Below, in pieces: positions 1-13,193 of a stretch of 64,000 nucleotides of DNA (position 1 is the stretch's first letter; each line of letters begins with the position of its first letter). This DNA comes from Octopus sinensis. Lineage: Eukaryota. The stretch spans positions 95,480,001-95,544,000 of the forward strand of contig NC_042997.1 of assembly GCF_006345805.1 (NCBI RefSeq). Reading direction: 5' to 3'. Under the pieces are notes generated by a model, which saw only the letters and a program-made list of their open reading frames with translations, was not told the origin of the DNA and searched no databases. The position numbers and the translations under genes were made by a program.

Positions 1-575
1 ATTCAAATTCGTTTTAATTGCAAATAGTTTGCATGAAATAGACGTAAAAGCGAACGGGGTGTTGATAAGAAACAATCTATTTCCAATCATTGAAGTTTCA
101 GTAAATATTTCGCAACACAACTATGTATTATTAAAACGCGAGAGAAGACACTAGAGTAACAAGTTCAGGTGTTTTATCATTATTACTTTGTTAGTTTACG
201 TATTTGAGTGAAAACAGTTCAGCAGACAAAAAAATTCTGTTTAAGATGAACACTAGGATAATTTCAATTGTGTAAAGAAGATTAGATAAAAATATAAAAA
301 GTTTTGGGATTTTTTTTTTCTTTTTTCAAATGAAGATTGCTTTAATGTTCCAAAACCTTGTAATTTATGATAAGCATATTATCAGAAAGATCAGATTTAG
401 AAATAGGCAACCCCTAAGTAGTTGATTACAACCACGAAAAAGTAATATATAATCGAAAGTTATTAAAAATTTATAAAATTAAAAGCTTACAGGTTAGTTA
501 CTTATGTTAGTTCATCTATAGGTGGTAGAAGAGTATAAGGGCGCCGATATAGATATCTTATGAAAAAAATGCGTC

Positions 576-1187
576 TCATATGCCGCTCAAAGGTGGTCGT
601 ATAGTGGCTAGCTCCATCGCATTGTCGCGTAGTTCTGGATAATAGACCGCTGGATTCTTCAAACGTATGTATACACAATAAATGCATATGGAGAATATAA
701 CTATTCCCAAACATACTGCAAGGATACCTACAATGTAGGAATGATTAGCTTTGGTATGAGGATTATTGGTAGTTGTCGGGTAATCAGCAGCAGTTGTAGT
801 AGTTCCAATTTGTGAAGTAAAATTGGTGGGATCAGACATGGTGGAATCATTTGGAGAAACACGTTCAATTGCTGGAGAATTTGTCACATTCGTTGAATTC
901 AAAATCGACCGCTTGAAAATCCTCGCCTCTCCTTTCGGTATATCATATTTCATATCAGTCACTTCCGGGGTAACGTTCGGCTTACACAATACAGTGTTAT
1001 TATCAAAAGAGTAGTATTCGTCTCCTTTGCATTTCAAGTTTCCAACCGTTAGATTTTTCAACTCGTGACGAATTTTCAGCGGCTCGCCATAAACAGCTAC
1101 ATTAGAATTATTAAATTCTGGATATAATATCGCGAAAGCGAGAACCACAAATAAGCGTTGAAACATAGTAAAAGCGAAGGAAGCCAT
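576..1187 (-). CDS. Intronless type I membrane glycoprotein (mucin-like stalk), 203 aa, unknown family
   Basis: ATG at 1187, hydrophobic N-terminal signal-like segment (LFVVLAFAILY), 9 N-X-S/T sequons, Thr-rich stalk, TM segment (YIVGILAVCLGIVIFSICIYCVYI) followed by RLK, cytoplasmic YYPEL (YxxPhi). Uninterrupted ORF in AT-rich DNA. Confidence 0.65.
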   Translation of the reverse strand: MASFAFTMFQRLFVVLAFAILYPEFNNSNVAVYGEPLKIRHELKNLTVGNLKCKGDEYYSFDNNTVLCKPNVTPEVTDMKYDIPKGEARIFKRSILNSTNVTNSPAIERVSPNDSTMSDPTNFTSQIGTTTTAADYPTTTNNPHTKANHSYIVGILAVCLGIVIFSICIYCVYIRLKNPAVYYPELRDNAMELATIRPPLSGI

Positions 1188-1320
1188 TGCGTGTTAATTA
1201 TTTCGACAGTGTGTAAACCCGTACGCTGAATGAAAAATATACTGCGCTTTTTTGACAGTTACCACTTGTATTTCATATATATATATATACAGGCGTGTTT
1301 TGGGCTATGCCACTTTTAAA

Positions 1321-1407
1321 AGAAATTGCGTTTGCAGTACATCCTTTGAAAAGTAGGCTGTCCTTACATATAAAATAATAGAACTTACTTTTTATTTTCG
1401 TTAGTAT
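1321..1407. repeat. ~87-bp direct repeat, copy 1 (copy 2 at 4570-4654)
   Basis: agaaattgcgtttgcagtac...tcctttg..aagtaggctgt.cttacatata..ataatagaa....attttcgttagtat seen at both positions. Confidence 0.8.
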
Positions 1408-1599
1408 TATAATAATATATTTTTCGATATGTCGCAACTTACGAACAAAACAATTACATTCATATCAAACGGTTCCTTGAAGCCGGTTTCGAATCTCTAA
1501 TTATCTCATTTCTTTTCTCTCTTATTGTATGGGGAAAGATCCTTAATATTCCGATGCATGACAGTGCTACATAATTGAGAGAAATATACCTGGCTCCTT

Positions 1600-2940
1600 T
1601 TTATTATCGGCATGAAGCCTTAAATATAGAGGGGACACTACATGGACAGACAACACAAACGGGGGTACATATAACGATTAACGAAGATTTATGAGGTGTG
1701 AAAAAATAATGATAATGAAATGGCTTTCTTCCCACCAAAGTAGAAAGTTGCATTTTACAGTTTTTACTGTTCAGTTTATATTTATTTGTTTTACTGTTCA
1801 GTTTGTATCTTTTTTTTTTAATATACCAGAAAACGTGTGACATCTTAAAAAGCCATCAACGGTGGTAATTCGTCGAATTGAACCCGCAATGGTGTTTTCT
1901 CCGTCCCATCTCCGAACATCTCTTTCAGTCCGGCTGCCCCTTCATCATCCAAAAATACAGTTTTCATGCTTCTATTCACCCCTCCATCTGCCAGTTTCCC
2001 TCCTACAACGCCTTTCAGTCCTGCCATCCGCTCCTCAACTCTACGCCCCTCCCACGTTTCACCAACATCCCATCGTGCCCTCCTTCAACTCTCTATGACA
2101 TTATTGCTGGTGTTTCCATCAGATCTTTCAGCTCCTTTGGTCCCTCCACCTCCTCACCCGCTGACGGCTCCAGCTGTTGCATTTGCTCTCTTGCTGCTTC
2201 ATCCCGTCTGCCTCCCCCTTTCTGCATTTCCGCTCCTTTTCGGTGGAGATTCACCACCTCCCCTCCTCTCGACCCCGGAAAACTCTATTTCCTCCTCCGC
2301 CACTTCATTCACTCTTTCCGGGATCTCCCACTTCACCACCTCCCGTTCGTGTTTTTGGGGACACCCCGCCTCTACGCCCCCCACTCCACATTAGAAACCT
2401 ATTGGTGGTCCACCCTCCACCACGACTCAAAGTCTGGACTCATCGGGCAGGACCATATCCTCATCACCTTGTGGAGGTCAGGGAGGCCGACAAGTACCAT
2501 CACCTTGAGGCCAAACCCCACCAGTACACCTCCGCTGTCCTTGACACTTTCATCGTCTCCACCCTCTCAACCGCATTGTAGAGGATGGCCGCCACAAGAC
2601 TGTCTTCGTCTATCTCTGGTGACACTCTCCCCACTCTCACTCCGAACGCACGTCCTCCACAGCAAGTAGGGAAGAGTGCCCACCGTGCCGATCGCAAGGC
2701 TACGGTGGAGCATTTCCTTGCTTCGCTCTCACCAAAGAAGTGCACCTCCACCGTGCCGAACTTTCGTCCTCTATTACAGAATGTAATTACTTCTTTTACG
2801 TCCTTCAAACACCCCTCTATGCCATTTCCACCCTCCTTGTCGCTATATTTAACGTTCTGTACGTAATCATTTTTCCTTCCGTTTTCTCTGTTATTTCTTT
2901 ATGGGGTGTCATCTTCATTTCTTCTTCAACAAGGTATTGA
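1600..2940 (-). mobile_element. Degenerate ORF1-only (HAL1-like) L1/Tx1 derivative, copy A
   Basis: Minus-strand peptides FGTVEVHFFGESEARKCSTVALRSARWALFPTCCGGRAFGVRVGRVSPEIDED... and VLPDESRL*VVVEGGPPIGF*CGVGGVEAGCP (decayed CCHC knuckle) align with copy B at 14.3-15.5 kb. 3' tail with AATAAA at about 1600-1680; no ORF2 between ORF1 and tail. Confidence 0.65.
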
Positions 2941-3699
2941 ATTTCTCATAGTCTATATCCTTCACTTCCAGTACTTGTATCTGCAGTAGCTCAGCTTTCA
3001 GGCTTCTGCCCGTCACTGCCGTAGAACTGCCTGTTTAGACCTGCATAATTCCGTTATTCACCGCCTCACCCACAACTGGGGAAGTCAAATATAACTTTTA
3101 ACAAATTCAAAACCAGAAAATCAAACATATTATTTAACAAGTCAAGAAACAACAGGTTTACATTAACCGGTTAAGAATTACGTTTCAAATCACTCCAAAA
3201 CAACGACGACGTCGAAATAACACTGTCAACACCCCAAATGAACAAGACTGCCACTAATATTATACCTGACTACTCATGAATAAATAACGTTACTGACTTC
3301 TTAAACACTGTCCTCTTTTATTCATTAAATTGGCCATAGAGACCTTACAAAGAAAGGAAGCTTCTGGCTAGACAAGGGGATGATGAGATGAAATGATAGA
3401 CGATATAATAATGAGAGCAACAGCAACGCCCGCTATTGCTGTTTACCCCAAGCACATTCTTCCTTATAAGTATCATATTTGAGGCTCAAAACCTCTTACA
3501 TAGTTCAAACTAAAACATCACTGATGCAATAAACCCCTTACATTTACAAGAAAGCCATTATGAGTCAGTAAACCTCTTACACAAGTCAATTATAAAATCA
3601 ATAAAACAATACAAATGAGGCACCAAGCCTCTTTCATTAATTACAAATCTTCGTGCCCGACTAGACTTCTCACCTTGGTCAAACACCTGGCCGGTATAA

Positions 3700-4530
3700 A
3701 GTCGTGCCGCTTTAATAGAAAATTAAAAGTGTCCGCTGGGAAGGAGTTCAATATCCTGCACTGTTTCCCATATGACCTCCGCCGCCACATACGAAGGCCA
3801 GTCAGGGTCCTGTGTGCAGGACAGATTCCCCTCCCTTCGGCCCTTCCTTTTATACCTCTTAATGAAGTGTTCTATTGTTCCTCCCTTAAGGGAACAAAGA
3901 CCACAAACTCTTCCTCCACAGCATGGGAGGGATCTACAGTTTCCACCTTTGGTGGCACGACTCCCACGGTAGGTACTTCGGGACACGCTGGCAATGTCCC
4001 GTTCTTCTTATTTTTCATTTTTTCTCTGAGCCACGGGAGGGTGGCTTTCCTCCGGTTTGTCCAGCAAATCCTTCCTTTCTCTCGCAGCCTTCGGACTTTC
4101 GGTGGGCAACCATTGTTGCCCACCTTTCGTTTTTTCCTTTTTCCGATGAGGTTTCCACCTCCTCGACTTCATCCTTCTCTCCCTCCAATGAGGGAAGAGG
4201 GAGCCGTATCTTTACCAACTGCTCCAGGACCTTATTGTGGTCATTACGGCAGTTCTTTTTGATATGGCCAGGTTCCAGGCACAGGTGACACTTGGGTGGG
4301 GGTGCTCCCTCGAGCATCAGTGGATACTTAGACCCGGCCATTCTCAAAACATTTGGAAATACCAGATTTTCGTCTAATTGGGTTCATAGAGTCAAAACAG
4401 CTTCTGACCCCTTCCAATTAACCGCAGGCAGAATGTTTACGTTTAGGAGCTTGGTACTGCTGCCACTCAGACCCGGTGGATACTATACTCAGACCCTGGC
4501 GGATAGCATCATCGAAACACTGTCCTCTTA
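3700..4530 (-). mobile_element. L1/Tx1 ORF1 (gag-like) relic with intact CCHC zinc knuckle
   Basis: ORF 4015-4347: LMLEGAPPPKCHLCLEPGHIKKNC = C-X2-C-X4-H-X4-C preceded by the typical 'EG.PP' motif; stops upstream. Confidence 0.7.
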
Positions 4531-4569
4531 ATAGATAACGTTACTGTTCTCTTAACTGTTTTCCTAAAC

Positions 4570-4654
4570 AGAAATTGCGTTTGCAGTACGTCCTTTGGAA
4601 GTAGGCTGTGCTTACATATAAGATAATAGAATTGACCTCCATTTTCGTTAGTAT
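4570..4654. repeat. ~87-bp direct repeat, copy 2 (copy 1 at 1321-1407)
   Basis: Direct sequence match by eye with a few substitutions/indels. Confidence 0.8.
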
Positions 4655-4783
4655 CTATACTATAATGGAGAAAGCTGCTTATTAATTAGGTATGAACAAT
4701 TACTTAAAGTACTAAGAGACAAGTAATTATTAAAGGATTGACCGTCTGGAAATATGGTTATAAATTCATGCTCTAAGAAGTTT

Positions 4784-5530
4784 ATTTCTTTATTGCCCAC
4801 AAGGGGCCAACGAAGAGGGGACAGCACAGCTTGATTTGGGGTCAGATACCAAAAAATGGAGTTAGAAATTTACAATGAAATCGAGTGATATAATCGAATG
4901 ATAGACAATTGACAAAACATGGTAACAAACACAATGAGGCAGGGGAACAGGTTTTCGCTTCGACCCCACCAGCACTGTTTCACCACCGACATCTTTTTAT
5001 ATGACCTTTGTCATATTCACGAGGTCTCTTTCACACACAACATTCGTGCTACACCTGCCCACATGTCTTTGTACATTTTCTCCGACAGAATTATCTATTC
5101 TCTATTTGTATAATTTGCTCTCCCCTTATATGAATAGCACTGTAGAGATGACTTTCGAAGATGAAAGCGTGAATCTGAAATCTACTATGCTGTCAGATTG
5201 TGCGAAGATTCTGATTAGTAACTTTCAATGTTTTCACATGTTTAAAACATGAATTTCCTTTTTAGGGGAAAAGTGAAAAAGCCCACATAAATCGAAGCCA
5301 GAGATGAAGTTGCCTGTCACCAATTCTTTCACTCTCGACTTCCATATCACCTCTTTCGCGATTGCTACTACCACAAGAAAACAGTTTTTACCTTCTTTCG
5401 TTAGGAAATCGGGTGGATCAATTTTTAGAATCGACTCAGCCGATAGTTGTACTCTTCTTGTATCTAACAACAGATTTTCTGCATAAGCTCACACTTCTGA
5501 CACTTGCGGACGCTGAACAATAGAGTGTAG
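4784..5530 (-). mobile_element. 5'-truncated L1/Tx1 LINE: ORF2 C-terminus plus 3' UTR tail
   Basis: VLHSIVQRPQVSEV*AYAENLLLDTRRVQLSAESILKIDPP...CFLVVVAIAKEVIWKSR resembles the post-zinc-finger C-terminus of Tx1-clade ORF2; ends in tgtcccctct...gcccc.tgtgggcAATAAAGAAAT (minus strand). Confidence 0.7.
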
Positions 5531-5533
5531 GAC

Positions 5534-5576
<43 letters not shown>

Positions 5577-5904
5577 ATATATATATACGTATATTTCTTT
5601 ACATGTATTTTTATATTTTATACTTTTATGTTTACGATTATACCGTAATGACTATTAAATATAAGGACTACTATAGCAAGCCCAATTCGCGGATACAAGG
5701 AACAAAGATCAATGTGATTGTGAGAACTCTATTAATCTAATGGGGCACCAATTTATGTATGTTTGTGCCTGATGTGTCTCAAACTCCGCTGATGGATGCA
5801 ACATGATTGGAGGCACAACATTCCAGCCATAAATGACAATCGCAGGTAGGGTGGAAACGATAGTTGTACTGAAATAATGACTAACGCCAAATCTGCTTCA
5901 TCAT

Positions 5905-5909
5905 AGAAT

Positions 5910-5952
<43 letters not shown>

Positions 5953-5983
5953 GAAGAAGAAGAAGAAGAAGAAGAAAAATATC

Positions 5984-6032
<49 letters not shown>
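5905..6032. repeat. (AAT)n/(AAG)n/(TTA)n compound microsatellite
   Basis: Direct reading. Confidence 0.95.
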
Positions 6033-6033
<1 letters not shown>

Positions 6034-6099
6034 AGAATAATGGAAAATAGATGGAGACAAACGCTTAAGATATTATTTAAATCATTTATTTCACCATAT

Positions 6100-6720
6100 C
6101 ACCGTATATGTTTCGATTGATGCATTAAAATAAATCCGAGAGGAAGAGTAATGTGAGAAAATGCATCAATCCTATCAGCGAGGAGATTAATAACAGTGCT
6201 CATCAATAATCCATTTTTACAGATGTAAGAGACTATGTTATATAATGTATATGCAAAAACAAAGTTGGATAGGGAACGCTAGAAATATTTTAAAATGCCG
6301 TTAGGAAATTTGATGTCATAGGACGAGAGCAGAAGAGAAGGAAGTGAAAAAGAGTAGTAAAGGAGTAATGGATAGAAAGATGAAGAAACGAATAGGAAGT
6401 ATGGGATGAAAAGAATAAATTTTAAGTTGCAGGTATAATTAGGTAAGGGGCCAGATATTATTTGAAATAGCTGAAAGTTGTGTTTACCAATGTAAACACT
6501 TGTAGACACATTCTTTATAGGTGTTGGCCAGTGTACGTTTGGAAAAAAGGGATAAATAGATGTTTGTCCTTACAAAAAGGGCAGAAAGATTTCCCCATCA
6601 TTTTGAAATCAATCAACATTGGAACTAATGTGTTTCATATTTTATTATTGTAACTGTGGTCACTTAAGAATCACTTCGTCAAACCTCAAAATGTAATGTT
6701 TATATCTACAAGCATGCTAA
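6100..6720 (-). mobile_element. Possible Penelope-like 3' relic with degenerate hammerhead at 6105-6180
   Basis: Minus strand CTGATAGG-attgatgcatt...aatgcatcaat-CGAAAC (perfect 11-bp helix II, mutated core); upstream decayed 'SFCPFCKDKHLF' resembling the CxxC near PLE C-termini. Confidence 0.35.
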
Positions 6721-7139
6721 TATGTTTATGATAACTGAACCAAGAATGACTTCAGGAAGTTGACCACATCGATGCAGCATAATTGAAAAGAAGCTTTTTC
6801 TCTCTCTCTGCATTCCCTTTTTTCTTTCTTCTTTCTTGTCTTTCTCATCCTTCTTCCTAAACTTGTAATCTTGAACGGTTATTTAGCAACCGCCATCTGT
6901 TAGCCAACAGAGACATGCTTTCTTATACTTTCTATTCTCTCCCTATCCTTCTTCATTCTCTACTTCTAAACAAACAAAATTACATATACTCACACACACA
7001 TACACACACACAAACACACGCACACGCATACACATGTATTTTTCCCAGTCCTAAAGTGTATATTTTCAAATATGTTAATGAGAGAAGAGCAGGGAGAGAG
7101 AAAGAGATGCTTTCGAAAACAGTGACTCAACCAAGAATT

Positions 7140-7420
7140 GATTTTTATTTGTCCACAAGAGATTAAGACAGAGGGGGCAGCACAAGGGGTCGGGGTGAAT
7201 CGCCCACAAATGATGAAACATTTAAAAATTTATGATATATAATTCAATCGAAAGATTAATATGAAGTGATGGACGCGTATGACCCCCACAGACCGCATTC
7301 CACAAGTGAACCTTTTAAAGAACCTTTATGTCCTCCTTTAAGATGTCATATCCACTCTCAACATGTATGTCACTTTCTTCCATCTTTTCGCATATAAAGC
7401 CACATAAATTGTCAAACATG
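7140..7420 (-). mobile_element. LINE (Tx1-type) 3' UTR/tail fragment
   Basis: tttatttgtccacaagagattaagacagagggggcagcacaagggg resembles the tail at 4784-4830. Confidence 0.5.
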
Positions 7421-7625
7421 GCAAAAAGTACGCGAAGTCAATTTTGCTTTGGATAATTGATAGTATTCAAATCATAAAAATAAAAAAAATATGCTTGGTA
7501 GCTTATAAATCACATATTTATTAACGAATCTAAACGAAATAAAACAGTTCGAAAGATTACATGAGGGAGGGATGGTACAGAGTGTGATATATAAAGTCGG
7601 TTAGTTTTGACTCTAATATACATAC

Positions 7626-7657
<32 letters not shown>

Positions 7658-10333
7658 GTACATATACGTATGTATGTTTGATTGTGTGTGTGTGGTGTGT
7701 GTTTATTGAATGCTTGAAGTGGTTTACAGATATTGTATATTAAGAAAAAGGAGGTAGAAGTTTGAATAAAGAACTCTTCCAGATAATGAACAGAAAGTTT
7801 CTTCGTCTTTTATATAAATTGAAAAGCGGATGTTGTTTGGCATTGTTTAGGAGAAGAGAAATTTCGATTTTGGAGACAAGAGAAAAAGAGGTAGATAGAA
7901 AGAAGGACAAACAAGAAAGAGAAAGAAAGGTGAAGAGGAGAGAAGAGAGAAAATGGTTTGTTTACAATTATATTTTATCGATCTAGTCAACCAATTAAAA
8001 TTTAATTACAATTCAAGATGTCATTCTTGGTTCAGCCATATTTCTCCCGGGTAGGTAATGCCGGTGGCGAGGGATCCAACTCGTCATTCTATAGAGGATT
8101 AGTAGAGACCAAGTGTGACGGTGTTCTGGGTGAAACACAGGGCTCTGGCGATGATCAGACGGCTAAGTCTGTTTTGATTAGTCAAATACATAATAAGATA
8201 TTTGGGTTTAATTAATACTACCAATGTTCTTCTCAGTCAATTAGACATGACCTGTAACATGTCCTTAATTTTTATACAATGCCTTTAATAATTGTTATGC
8301 CTATATTTTTATACGTTTTGTTGTTTACATGCGTTACGAGCAAGAACATTTGCGGTCATTATCTTAAATATTAGAGATAAACATGCTTGCTGTTACTTGT
8401 TAGATATGTTCCAAACGCTTGACATACGTTCAAAATTCCTATCAGTTTCTTAAAGTGTATAACGTCTTTCACTTTGGCGAAATATCGAAGAGTGCACAGT
8501 CGGCAGATAATTCATATGCTGATAAATACAATGAGTACAAAATTAGATTCAATTATTTAATAGCCACAATCGTATCAAATGAACAATAACGTAAAGCTAA
8601 CATAAAACTTATTGAAACACTTTAATTGATTTTACATCGATTTGAAACTAACGATAAATAAACATTGCAACATGGGGTATTATTGATTCGTAATCGATTT
8701 GCAATTAAAAATAAACATTTCCACTCTGGGATTTCATTGATCCTTAGAGAATTTCATCGAAATCACATTAGAACTATATATACTGAAATGAATTCAGAGA
8801 ATTGAAAATGTTAATAGTTTTAAATTACCTTTAAATGTAAAACTGTACTCGAATTAGATAATTACATAGAATTGTTACGCGTCAGAGAAATTCGTTTTAA
8901 TGTTAGAAAATCATAGCCGTTAGTTTAGCATAATGCAATGCATATGATTCCCGTTATATGAAGGATTATTATTAATACCTCTATACCAACGGATATTACG
9001 TAAACTGAATTAAACTTGATAATTATTGCAATGACAGATTCAAAGGTTTCTAATTTACCTTTCTAAACATTTTCATGTATGTGCTTTAGAATATATTTCA
9101 CCGGTATTCTATATGATATAGTGTTTAAAATTACAAACATCGATCCTGAAACGGTATCATGTAATTGTTTTCGATCCTTCACTCCAAATATAGATTAAAA
9201 GTTGTTGTGCTAATAATTAACTATTTCATCAAATACCAACTTGACCTTGCTACTCCAGAAATCAACTGAAATGATATTCTAAAATAAAATGGCGAATTAA
9301 ACAAATGTGCTTTTATTCAAACTTAAATCCAACGTACAAAGATGCATGGACTGTCAAAAAGATTACTAAAATTTAACACGTGACAGAAATATCTTTGTCC
9401 CTCTAAAATGTAACTTGTAGATTTAATTCTTATCAACAAGAATATACAATTACGACATACACATTCATCATTTCGAGTATTGTACAGAAACTACCATAAC
9501 TACTAATTTTATAGCTTATAGTATGAAGTTAACGCATCTTATAACATGAAAATACCTATTTTCCAGGTTCTTATCAGAATCAAAAGCACCTGGCTACAAT
9601 TTTAATCCCTTGCGTATTGTAGAATAATCTCATAAGTATATATGATGAAGCATTGTATTTCTGTTCCACGTTTAGAATATATTGAATAAATATCTATCTT
9701 ACTCAAACTAACACACTTGATATGATAATTGCTTTGCGCAGATTCAGAATAATTGCGAAACACAACTGGGTGATCACTCTATCCGATATTATAAATGAGA
9801 CAATTTGAGAACCGTTCCTTCTAAATCTATTAAAGCGAATGTAGTAGAATCTAGCTCTGAGAGTTAAAGTAATCATTTTCAAATTGTAACCACAGCTCTG
9901 GAGTGCTTGTCCCAATTGGAACGCTGGTCATTATTATTGTGATGTTGGCCGCGGACGTAATTCTATTTTAGTGAGTGACACTGATCATAGTTATACAAAC
10001 TACGAACACATTCGACTATCCCAGCAAAGCACCGCTAGTGAAATATAATTCAGTAGTATCTGATGAAATTTACAAACTAAAATCAGATAGTAATGACGTT
10101 GTGCACAAGTTTTGAGGGAATATAGCAATAGGAACCTTAATTTATGATATTGGTTGATCTGGAAACAATTTTTATTATTGGTCATTTGATGACCCGATCT
10201 GTGTATTTATTAAAAACATATTAGGTGTGTGACTCTGGATAACTGTCAGTACGATCGCACGAGCAAGTATCGACCAGCCTTCGCGCGACGGATCCCCCGC
10301 GAGTCCGCCCTATTAACTGTTTTATACATACAC

Positions 10334-10364
<31 letters not shown>

Positions 10365-11659
10365 TATTTAAATCGCAGGATAATGACTTCATCAACGAGG
10401 AAATACAACTGATTTTTGAGAGGATTATGTATCATGTGTTATTAGTTATTTTAAATTTATGTTTGATTTCGAACTCATTCCAACATAATGATGTGAAGAA
10501 AAATTCTAGAGGTAAATGTGATTAACAGGTTCTACGTTTCTTAAAAAAACCCGAAAAGGTCTAACTTTTGCTCTGATGTTATTAATCGAAAGCACAAAAA
10601 ATAGGATATCAACTTATTTGCAAATTACACATTCGTATGCGTATTCTATGTGAGGTAATGTTACCTCTTATCAGAGTGCGTTTAACACTGTAACGAAAAA
10701 GAAAACCAGTCAAATCAGAAAATTAGATTTATGTACGCTAGAATTTGATCCATGTAAATTGATTCTAGATTTCAAATATAACACAGGATTAAAATAACAA
10801 GATAAAGAATAATTTCACCGAACGAAAAAAAGAAAGTGACTTTCAAAGGAATTAATAAATTCGTTTACATTGAATAGAAACCAACAAATTCATTTTCGAA
10901 ATACAGTTGATCTTTTGTTATTTTTCTATAATTCAGATGTATACTGTGTAAATCTAGCTACATAACCTATAATTACGATTTGGTCTCACTATTTTAACTC
11001 TCAGTATAAAAATAATGAAACGCAATCCATTGCATATTTTTGTTGGATTATTCGGATTCTGCAAGATGAGGTGCCAACAGAATCATTAGTCCATTAAACA
11101 AAATTTTGAGTAAAATTTCTTCCTGCTCTTTACTTTGTGAGTTCAAATACTACCGACATCATATTTGTATTTCATTCTTTCGGGATCCATAAAAAAAAAA
11201 TACTGTTGATGGGTGTAATCAAGTTGTCCCTCCCCGCAGAATATCTGGTCTTGCGCCAAAATGAGAAACAATTAATTGCATAATGCATGCAATGTATATT
11301 TTGCATGTAACACACAAACACAGTGTCAGCGAAGAACCAATACATATAAACATATATTTGGTAAGAAAATTTAAGAAAATGTAAATCAAATAGTTGAAGA
11401 AATACTTGGTTAATTCCTGTAGTTTTAGCAACACGCTATGTATCAATACATATAATACATATTCTAACAATTATAATAAGCAATTGGTTGTACTTTCGAA
11501 TATGTATTCTTTCCCTGAATACCATTTGGATAAATATGTTGAAATATATTGTAAATGATTCATTGCTATTTCATTGTTACTTCGTAATCCTGATGCGTAT
11601 ACTTTGTAACAAAGTGTACGAAATCCGAAATCTCATTGTTTATCTTTCAATTATCTCAT

Positions 11660-11875
11660 TATCTGCACTCTGTCCATGCTGAGGCACGGCCCTGAAGGGT
11701 TTCAGAGAACAAATTGAAAGCAGTACAACACGTTGTAAGTCTCGAGTTTAGACTAATAATCTACGTTTACAAACCGCTATATTATTCAAACTAAGCAAAC
11801 CAACATCGGTTGTCAAACGGTGTATGGGACAAACACAAAGACACACACAATCATACAAACACACACACACACGCA
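11660..11875 (+). mobile_element. Octopus-type SINE (diverged copy)
   Basis: ccatgctgaggcacggccctgaagggtt...accaacatcggttgtcaaacggtgtatgggacaaacacaaagacacac; same family as 12205-12430. Confidence 0.6.
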
Positions 11876-12138
11876 CATGACAGGCGTCTTTCATTTTCCG
11901 CAAAGTGGGACCGGACCTAAGATCACATGTTTAGAAAATAGCCTTCTGAGCTACGCAGCTCCGCTTGCGCTGATGTTTTTCATGTAAGTTCTAACTACAA
12001 AATGTTGCTATCGTTTACACAGAAAATACTATGGAGAAACGTCGAAGAATCAAAGGGCAAAAGCATACTCCAGAAGCCCTTAACTGTTTCGTATATTCAC
12101 CTCCCACACATATGCGTGTGTGTATGTATGTGCACCTG

Positions 12139-12173
<35 letters not shown>

Positions 12174-12204
12174 CCACATATATATATATATATCTTTTAC
12201 TTGT

Positions 12205-12395
12205 TTCAGTCATTTGACTGCGGCCATGCTGGAGCACCGCCTTTAGTCGAGCAAATCGACCCCGGGACTTATTCTTTGTAAGCCCAGTACTTACTATCGG
12301 TCTCTTTTGCCGAACCGCTAAGTGACGGGTACGTAAACACACCAGCATCGGTTGTCAAGCAATGCTAGGGGGACAAACACAGACACACAAACACA

Positions 12396-12430
<35 letters not shown>
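12205..12430 (+). mobile_element. Octopus-type SINE
   Basis: gactgcggccatgctggagcaccgcc...tcgaccccgggacttattc...gccgaaccgctaag...ccagcatcggttgtcaagc...ggacaaacacagacacac followed by (CA)n(TA)n; recognised cephalopod repeat pattern. Confidence 0.7.
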
Positions 12431-12484
<54 letters not shown>

Positions 12485-13193
12485 GTAAATGTGTCATAAG
12501 TCACTTGTGAGATATTTCATGAGTGCTACTTGTAACTGCTGCATGGTCGTGTCGTCGGCGACTAAATCGGCAGCCACACGAAGCTTGCACGCTGAAGACG
12601 GTTGTAAAAACCTAGCAGGATTCAAACCAAGACCTGTGAAAAGAATGCAAGAAGCAAGTGAAGCCTACACAACGATCTATTAATACCAGGGCTATCAGAA
12701 ATTCCAGATTGGTGCCTGTCGTTCTGGTAGACCACAGGGAGCGAGACACTCCTCAGCTTTTGCTATAACCTGCGTCAGGAAACATATCACTTAGATATCT
12801 ATCCGGATGTGAGGCAATGGCATTGGGGATTTTAGGGATCTTTTCTTGAGTTTGAGATCATGGTACACCCATATATCTGAATCTGAGATTCTTGTATGTT
12901 GGCACTGGATATCTTTCCGTAGCTTATCTCTGGAACACACCAATAGCGTAGAGAAGGTCTGTGGTGTTTTGCAAGCCTCATTTAACGTAAAATATTAGGT
13001 TGCAGGATTGCTAGTGAGGTGACTTCTCAATAACCAATAGGGGCGGAGGGCGGCACTACATGGATGGAAACTGTGGGCGCGGCCCTAGGTTAAGCGGACC
13101 GCAGGTACAATAAACTTGAGCGTGGACATAGATGATATCTTTACATAGGCCTTGTCCGTAGTGATCTTCCACGGTCACGAGTAGAGGGCTATC

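Noticed and set aside
840-870. Furin site in the 203-aa glycoprotein (RIFKR|S, around 905-920) as proof of an env protein
   Set aside because: P4 is Ile, so it is only a dibasic KR and not R-X-K/R-R; no fusion peptide or heptad repeat was seen, so env identity is not claimed.
1878-2669. 263-aa plus-strand ORF and other Pro/Ser-rich ORFs (1966-2394, 3615-4262, 14921-15397)
   Set aside because: Antisense shadows of purine-rich gag-like relics on the opposite strand.
8018-8215. GC-richer 65-aa ORF
   Set aside because: Short, with no recognisable motif and no clear splice signals.
12540-13185. GC-richer segment interrupted by the MITE, possibly a DIRS or LINE relic
   Set aside because: No diagnostic motif could be read in any frame; left unassigned.
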